A stretch of 64,000 nt of DNA from Candidatus Nomurabacteria bacterium (GTDB lineage Bacteria > Patescibacteriota > Patescibacteriia > HK-STAS-PATE-3): contig CP060223.1 in assembly GCA_023898465.1 (NCBI GenBank), positions 32,001-96,000 of the forward strand. The letters are read 5' to 3'. A program made the position numbers and the translations under genes. Under the pieces are notes generated by a model, which was not told where the DNA came from, made no database searches, and saw nothing but the letters and a program-made list of their open reading frames with translations. Positions 59,857-64,000 of this stretch are shown piece after piece. Position 1 is the stretch's first letter. The number at the start of each line of letters is the position of its first letter.

Positions 59857-60957
59857 ATGGGAAACGTACTCGTGGTTGGGACGGGAACGATCGGCAAGCC
59901 GCTCATCGGTTTGCTCACCAAGAGAATGGAAGGTCTTGGTATCAGTCAGGTTGCTTTTCACAAGCGGACTCCGCAAGCCGATACCACGCCTTCGATTCGT
60001 CGACTAGTTGATCGTGGTGCGCTCTTGGTCTGTGATGAAGAGGCGAGGGATGATTTCCATCGCTATGGCCTGGAGCCGCAGATGACGCGCGATGAGGCGT
60101 TAGCCTGGGCTGACGTGGTGATAGACTGCACGCCAGCCGGCAACGCACACAAGACTGGTCGAGCGGTGAACAAGAAGGGTGTGGTGGTTGAGTGCCCACC
60201 CTGGTATCCAGCCCACGAAGACAGTACCCTCGGCTTCATCGCCCAGGGTTCAGAAGAGGGCTTTGGCCAGCCTTTTGCGTTGGACATCAACAACGAACAG
60301 GTTGATCCGAACGCACACAAGTACGTCCAGGTTGTGTCGTGTAACACGCATAACCTCCTCGTGCTACTTGATCTCTTCGGGAAGCTCGGAGTGGGCAGGA
60401 TCAAGGGTCGTTTCGTGATGATTCGCCGCGCGACGGACATCAGTCAACCGGACAATGTTTCTGCTCCCAAGGTCGATAAGCACAAGGAGCTTCGGGGCGA
60501 TCGACACTTCGGTACACACCACGCCTACGATGCTTGGCGGGTTCTTCAGACCATGGGCGTTGATTACGACCTGTTTTCTTCAGCACTGCAGACACCGACC
60601 CAGTACATGCATGTCTTGCATTTCTTCCTCGAGGTTGAGCGTCCACCGAGTCATGAAGAAATCATCGCAGCAATTCGCGAGCGTCCTCTCGTGGCAACTA
60701 CTGAGTACTGCAACACGGGACAGGCCTTCTCGGAAGCGCGCGACGACGGGTTCTACGGTCGAGTACTCGACCAGACGGTCATTCCAGTGAAGACCTTGGT
60801 AGTGAACGGGAATGAGATCACTGGTTTCGCGTTCACTCCGCAGGACGGCAACAGTCTGCTCTCAACCGCAGCGGCGGCTGCACGCTTCCTCGATCCAGTT
60901 GGTTGGAGAGATCGGATCACTAACTGTTTCGGGAAGTACATGTTCGACGAGGTCTGA
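59857..60957 (+). CDS. archaeal-type (type II) glyceraldehyde-3-phosphate dehydrogenase-like enzyme
   Basis: MGNVLVVGTGTIGKPL NAD-binding start. Active-site region YVQVVSCNTHNL resembles the type II GAPDH VVSCNTTGL motif. 366 aa. The gene is visibly GC-richer than its flanks. Confidence 0.6.
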   Translation: MGNVLVVGTGTIGKPLIGLLTKRMEGLGISQVAFHKRTPQADTTPSIRRLVDRGALLVCDEEARDDFHRYGLEPQMTRDEALAWADVVIDCTPAGNAHKTGRAVNKKGVVVECPPWYPAHEDSTLGFIAQGSEEGFGQPFALDINNEQVDPNAHKYVQVVSCNTHNLLVLLDLFGKLGVGRIKGRFVMIRRATDISQPDNVSAPKVDKHKELRGDRHFGTHHAYDAWRVLQTMGVDYDLFSSALQTPTQYMHVLHFFLEVERPPSHEEIIAAIRERPLVATTEYCNTGQAFSEARDDGFYGRVLDQTVIPVKTLVVNGNEITGFAFTPQDGNSLLSTAAAAARFLDPVGWRDRITNCFGKYMFDEV

Positions 60958-61002
60958 TCAAGCACACTGTTCATTCACGTCCCGCCTCAAGTGAGGATCA
61001 CT

Positions 61003-61536
61003 ATGATCCAAAATCAAGAGGCGGGACTTTTTCTTTTCTTCAAGATTGGGGAGTGCTATGATATAGCTACCATGCATATTAGTTTAAACTTGCCACAATT
61101 CCGTCGTCAGCGCGCACTATTTATCGTGACCGATAAGGAACACGCGAAGTTTTTTGAAGTTTCCAATGGTGAGATTAACGAGCTGGAAGAGATGGCAATT
61201 CATCCTGACCCGAGTGAAGGTAGATTAGCCAGCGGCGGTCGTCGTAAAAAAATTCCCCGCAAAGGTAGGCTTGTTAAGTCACCACTCGGCCAAGAGGGGC
61301 TTTATTATCAGTTTGCCAAAAAAGTAAGTCAGGGCGGTTTAGCTTTGGAAAAAAAGCGGCCCTATAAAGCGATTTATCTTTTTGCGCCACATCACTACCG
61401 ACATGAATTACTTGATCGCCTGCATGCCTATGTGACCAAAAAAATCGCCCACGTGATTGATGGCGACTATATTCATGAACATCCAGTGGAATTACTGCAT
61501 CGTGTTCGTTCAATTGCAAAACTGGATGGAGTATAA
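61003..61536 (+). CDS. hypothetical protein; weak resemblance to host-attachment-protein/baeRF-like release-factor-fold families
   Basis: Pattern RALFIVTDKEHAKFFEVSNGEINELEEM...KAIYLFAPHHYRHELLDRLHAYVTKKIAHVIDGDYIHEHPVELLHRV. This is judgment-based similarity only. Confidence 0.4.
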   Translation: MIQNQEAGLFLFFKIGECYDIATMHISLNLPQFRRQRALFIVTDKEHAKFFEVSNGEINELEEMAIHPDPSEGRLASGGRRKKIPRKGRLVKSPLGQEGLYYQFAKKVSQGGLALEKKRPYKAIYLFAPHHYRHELLDRLHAYVTKKIAHVIDGDYIHEHPVELLHRVRSIAKLDGV

Positions 61537-61814
61537 GTAGTTTTGTATTGGGAAGGAGCTACACAATTAAATGAAATAATGTTGTAGTATTTCGTAAAAT
61601 CTTGCGAATTATTTTTTTATTTGCGCGTTTTTTTATATGTAATGAGTTTTGTGTGAATATTTTTTTGCGTACATTATGTAAAAAATATTTTATGTGTTGT
61701 TGTGTACAAATGTAATTTGTTGTATATTTTGTGTACAATGTACTTGACAAGATTTCGGATGACTTTTTTAATGAGAGTATATTGAATACATCGCACATGA
61801 AAGGGGGTGGCGAT

Positions 61815-61964
61815 ATGGCAACAAAGAAGCGCGCAACAAAGCGCAAGACCAAGAAGCCTGCAAAGCGAAAGGTAGTACGCCGCAAGGTAGCAAAAAAAAC
61901 TACAAAGCGAAAGACAACCAAGCGCAAAACAACAAAGCGTAAGACGACTAAGCGTAAGCGCTAG
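61815..61964 (+). CDS. 49-aa histone H1-like Lys-rich DNA-binding protein with tandem KRKTT repeats
   Basis: SD aaagggggtggcgat before the ATG. Product is MATKKRATKRKTKKPAKRKVVRRKVAKKTTKRKTTKRKTTKRKTTKRKR. Preceded by an AT-rich leader with duplicated ttgtgtacaa motifs. Confidence 0.6.
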   Translation: MATKKRATKRKTKKPAKRKVVRRKVAKKTTKRKTTKRKTTKRKTTKRKR

Positions 61965-62062
61965 TCTTTTTTCGTCTTCGTAAATCAGAAGGGGTCTCAC
62001 ACAGAGGCTCTTTCTGTTTTTTATATGCTATGGTATACTTTTTCGGTAAATATATTAGGGGG

Positions 62063-62935
62063 ATGTCCGATCACGCAATAACAATTCGTGAAGAGTATCA
62101 GCGAAAGGTCTTTATATTTATTTCGCTTTTTTTGTTACTCGCCTTAATCGCCGCTGGTATATTTGCTTTTTCATTCCGTAGTAACCAGATATTGCAAGAA
62201 CGCCAGCAAGAATTGCAGGAAGCTGCTTTTAGGGTTGCTAGAAAAATACCAATTACTGCGCATGAGGCTCTTATTTCGAGAGATCAACAAGAAAGCGATG
62301 AATATCTTGAAGTTCAGACATTATTGAAGGCAATTTTAGATGCAAATCCGGGCTTTGACGATGTGTATACATTACGCCCTACTCAAACAGCGCATATTTT
62401 TCAATTTATTGTAAGTGGTAAAGATACTGAAGATGAGAATAATGATGGTATTATTGATGAAAGCGAAGAAAAAGCTTATTTAACAGAATTATATGACGCC
62501 ACAAATTCTCCAGAATTAGAAAAAGGCTTACTTGCCCCTACTGCAGACAAAAATATTACTTATGATAAATGGGGATCGTGGTTGTCAGGGTACGCACCTT
62601 TACGTAATGCAAAAGGACAAGCAGTTGCAGTTGTGGGTGTAGACATGAAAGCGGAGCTAATTAAAGAACGACGCGCAGAGTTAGCAAGGAATGTTGGAAT
62701 TGCGATGCTGCTTGTCGTGCCAATTATTATTTTAGCCGCCTTTTTATTAGCGCGCTGGTTAAGCCGGCCTTTTGAGGTGCTTGCGCTAGGTATGTCACGA
62801 GTATCGCATGGTGACTACCATTATCGCTTGCCCATGAAGGGCGATAAGATAAATGATGCCTTTAGTGAACTGTTCAATAATATGTTGAACATGTACGATC
62901 CAGAACATCGACCAAAGCGGGATCAAAAAAATTAG
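62063..62935 (+). CDS. membrane protein with an extracytoplasmic domain between two TM helices, followed only by a HAMP domain (no output domain)
   Basis: SD taggggg before ATGTCCGATCAC. TM1 VFIFISLFLLLALIAAGIFAF, TM2 IAMLLVVPIIILAAFLLA, then HAMP RWLSRPFEVLALGMSRVSHGDYHYRLPMKGDKINDAFSELFNNMLNMY. Confidence 0.65.
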   Translation: MSDHAITIREEYQRKVFIFISLFLLLALIAAGIFAFSFRSNQILQERQQELQEAAFRVARKIPITAHEALISRDQQESDEYLEVQTLLKAILDANPGFDDVYTLRPTQTAHIFQFIVSGKDTEDENNDGIIDESEEKAYLTELYDATNSPELEKGLLAPTADKNITYDKWGSWLSGYAPLRNAKGQAVAVVGVDMKAELIKERRAELARNVGIAMLLVVPIIILAAFLLARWLSRPFEVLALGMSRVSHGDYHYRLPMKGDKINDAFSELFNNMLNMYDPEHRPKRDQKN

Positions 62936-63077
62936 CTAAATATATACTCGTTTATTTATACTCTTTGATCTTGTCATTTGTGGGTGACAGGGTTGACAAA
63001 AAGGGGTGTTTTGGCATACTTTATCTAGTTCTTTGATCCGCAGGCGAACCACAACTCTTTGACAAGGAGTGACACGG

Positions 63078-63260
63078 ATGAATCAGTCTGTAGCGCAGGG
63101 AAGCGAAGTCCAGAGTGTACACATCCACTGTGTACAGGAAGGCGGATCTCGCTGTTCGGTTTGCCATACCCAGTTTGCTGACGGCGATGACGTCTGCCAG
63201 CAGGGCCATCAGATCGGCGAGACCTACGAGGTTTCCGTCCCTATCAACAAGGCTGCCTAG
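63078..63260 (+). CDS. possible 60-aa Cys-rich (zinc-ribbon-like) small protein
   Basis: SD aaggag 8 nt upstream of the ATG. The C-x7-C-x2-C pattern (CVQEGGSRCSVCHTQ) is followed by a fourth Cys 10 residues later, and the ORF is GC-rich. A terminator hairpin (ctcctc...gaggag plus T-run) lies at about 63275-63312. Confidence 0.35.
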   Translation: MNQSVAQGSEVQSVHIHCVQEGGSRCSVCHTQFADGDDVCQQGHQIGETYEVSVPINKAA

Positions 63261-63371
63261 CAGCCACAATGCTCCTCTTCGCAGCTTGCGCGGAGGAGTA
63301 TTTCTTTATTTTAGGCTATCCCTTGACAAGATAGGGTTTTTCATGTAGTATTCGCGGTTAACTTATCACCT

Positions 63372-63962
63372 ATGCAAAAGAACACCCTACAAGTCATCGC
63401 AATATTGGGCTTAAGCGTTCTCGTAGCACTCGAGCTCGCGCTACTCATTACCCGCTTTTTTGGCATAATTTCGCTAGAACAAGCCAAAAATGAGGAAAAA
63501 GCCAGTCAAAATACTGTGGTTGTGCTTTCTCCGCAAAAGCGGATCGAAGAAGTGCAAAGTATTGTTGCAGCATTGAAAGAGTATAACGAGGATCGCAAAA
63601 GCTATCCTAAGACGCTGCAAGGCTTAGTTCCGGCCTACTTATCAGGCCCAAGCGATCCGAGCACTGGATTTTCCGCCTATCGTTATGTCCCAATTGGTGA
63701 GCCGATTGAGTTTTACACGCTTACCTACACCATTACCGAGGACTACAACGAGCAATTACTGGCCGGCCAGCACGTGGCAAGTCCAAAAGGCTTAACTGGT
63801 GGAGAATTCCCACTAAGCGGCTCTGATTTAGATAATGATGGTGTGGATGACGCTGTAGAAATTTATGTCTATCGCACTGATAGTCAAAATCCTGACACTG
63901 ATAATGATGGATTCTCTGATGGTGTCGAGATTAGCAGCGGTCATAACCCACGAGGAAAATAG
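63372..63962 (+). CDS. secreted/anchored protein with C-terminal calcium-binding-like Asp-rich repeats
   Basis: N-terminal hydrophobic segment VIAILGLSVLVALELALLI. C-terminal repeats DLDNDGVDDAVE, NPDTDNDGFSDGVE (thrombospondin-type-3-like DxDxDG). Confidence 0.55.
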   Translation: MQKNTLQVIAILGLSVLVALELALLITRFFGIISLEQAKNEEKASQNTVVVLSPQKRIEEVQSIVAALKEYNEDRKSYPKTLQGLVPAYLSGPSDPSTGFSAYRYVPIGEPIEFYTLTYTITEDYNEQLLAGQHVASPKGLTGGEFPLSGSDLDNDGVDDAVEIYVYRTDSQNPDTDNDGFSDGVEISSGHNPRGK

Positions 63963-64000
63963 TATGGAATCTACGCAATCAACAACTTTTACAAGCAAAT

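Overview
The window is a 64-kb stretch of bacterial chromosome. Its gene content (rny-ymdB pair, long-tailed HU, PilT, TfoX_N, a histone H1-like protein, giant surface proteins, roughly 45 % GC background) suggests a small-genome Firmicutes-like or Patescibacteria-like lineage; that lineage call is inference only.

1-23.8 kb: mostly minus-strand housekeeping genes, with several accessory-looking loci.
- Housekeeping: S1-domain protein 3' fragment, cmk-like kinase, tRNA-Lys and tRNA-Arg, HU, YmdB, RNase Y, ClpP, DHH/NrnA-like phosphoesterase, RbfA, IF-2, a DEAD-box helicase, a TfoX_N protein, a cNMP/GAF protein and PilT.
- A truncated IS200-like Y1 transposase sits next to a partial tRNA-Lys duplication with hairpins.
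- Membrane, 3D-domain and membrane-anchored Mrr-like nuclease genes, plus two tiny highly acidic peptide genes (here and near 58.4 kb) and one tiny basic protein gene.
- An AT-rich PIN-like gene between TfoX_N and tRNA-His, followed by a Xer-type tyrosine recombinase.
- A visibly GC-richer, translationally coupled four-gene operon of unknown soluble and membrane proteins at 20.3-23.8 kb.

23.9-56.3 kb: a 32-kb co-directional block of six giant secreted or surface proteins.
- First an NHL plus FG-GAP propeller protein.
- Then five tandem paralogues (P1-P5). Each has a basic-TM N-terminal anchor, a distinct head (Kelch-like, DUF2341 plus ConA/LamG-like, or propeller-like), a shared Fn3-like stalk and an invariant C-terminal tail.
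- P2-P5 carry near-identical 0.7-2 kb DNA modules repeated at about 5-kb periodicity.
- P2, P3 and P4 are broken by small indels, mostly at G/C homopolymers; P1 and P5 are intact.
- I think this array is the most striking candidate for an undescribed head-swapping surface-protein system.

56.3-64 kb: MacB-like ABC ATPase and FtsX-like permease, D-2-hydroxyacid dehydrogenase, an archaeal-type (type II) GAPDH in a GC-rich patch, a possible baeRF-like hypothetical, a 49-aa KRKTT-repeat H1-like protein, a HAMP-only membrane protein, a small Cys-rich ORF and a secreted Asp-repeat protein.

No rRNA and no CRISPR array were seen.
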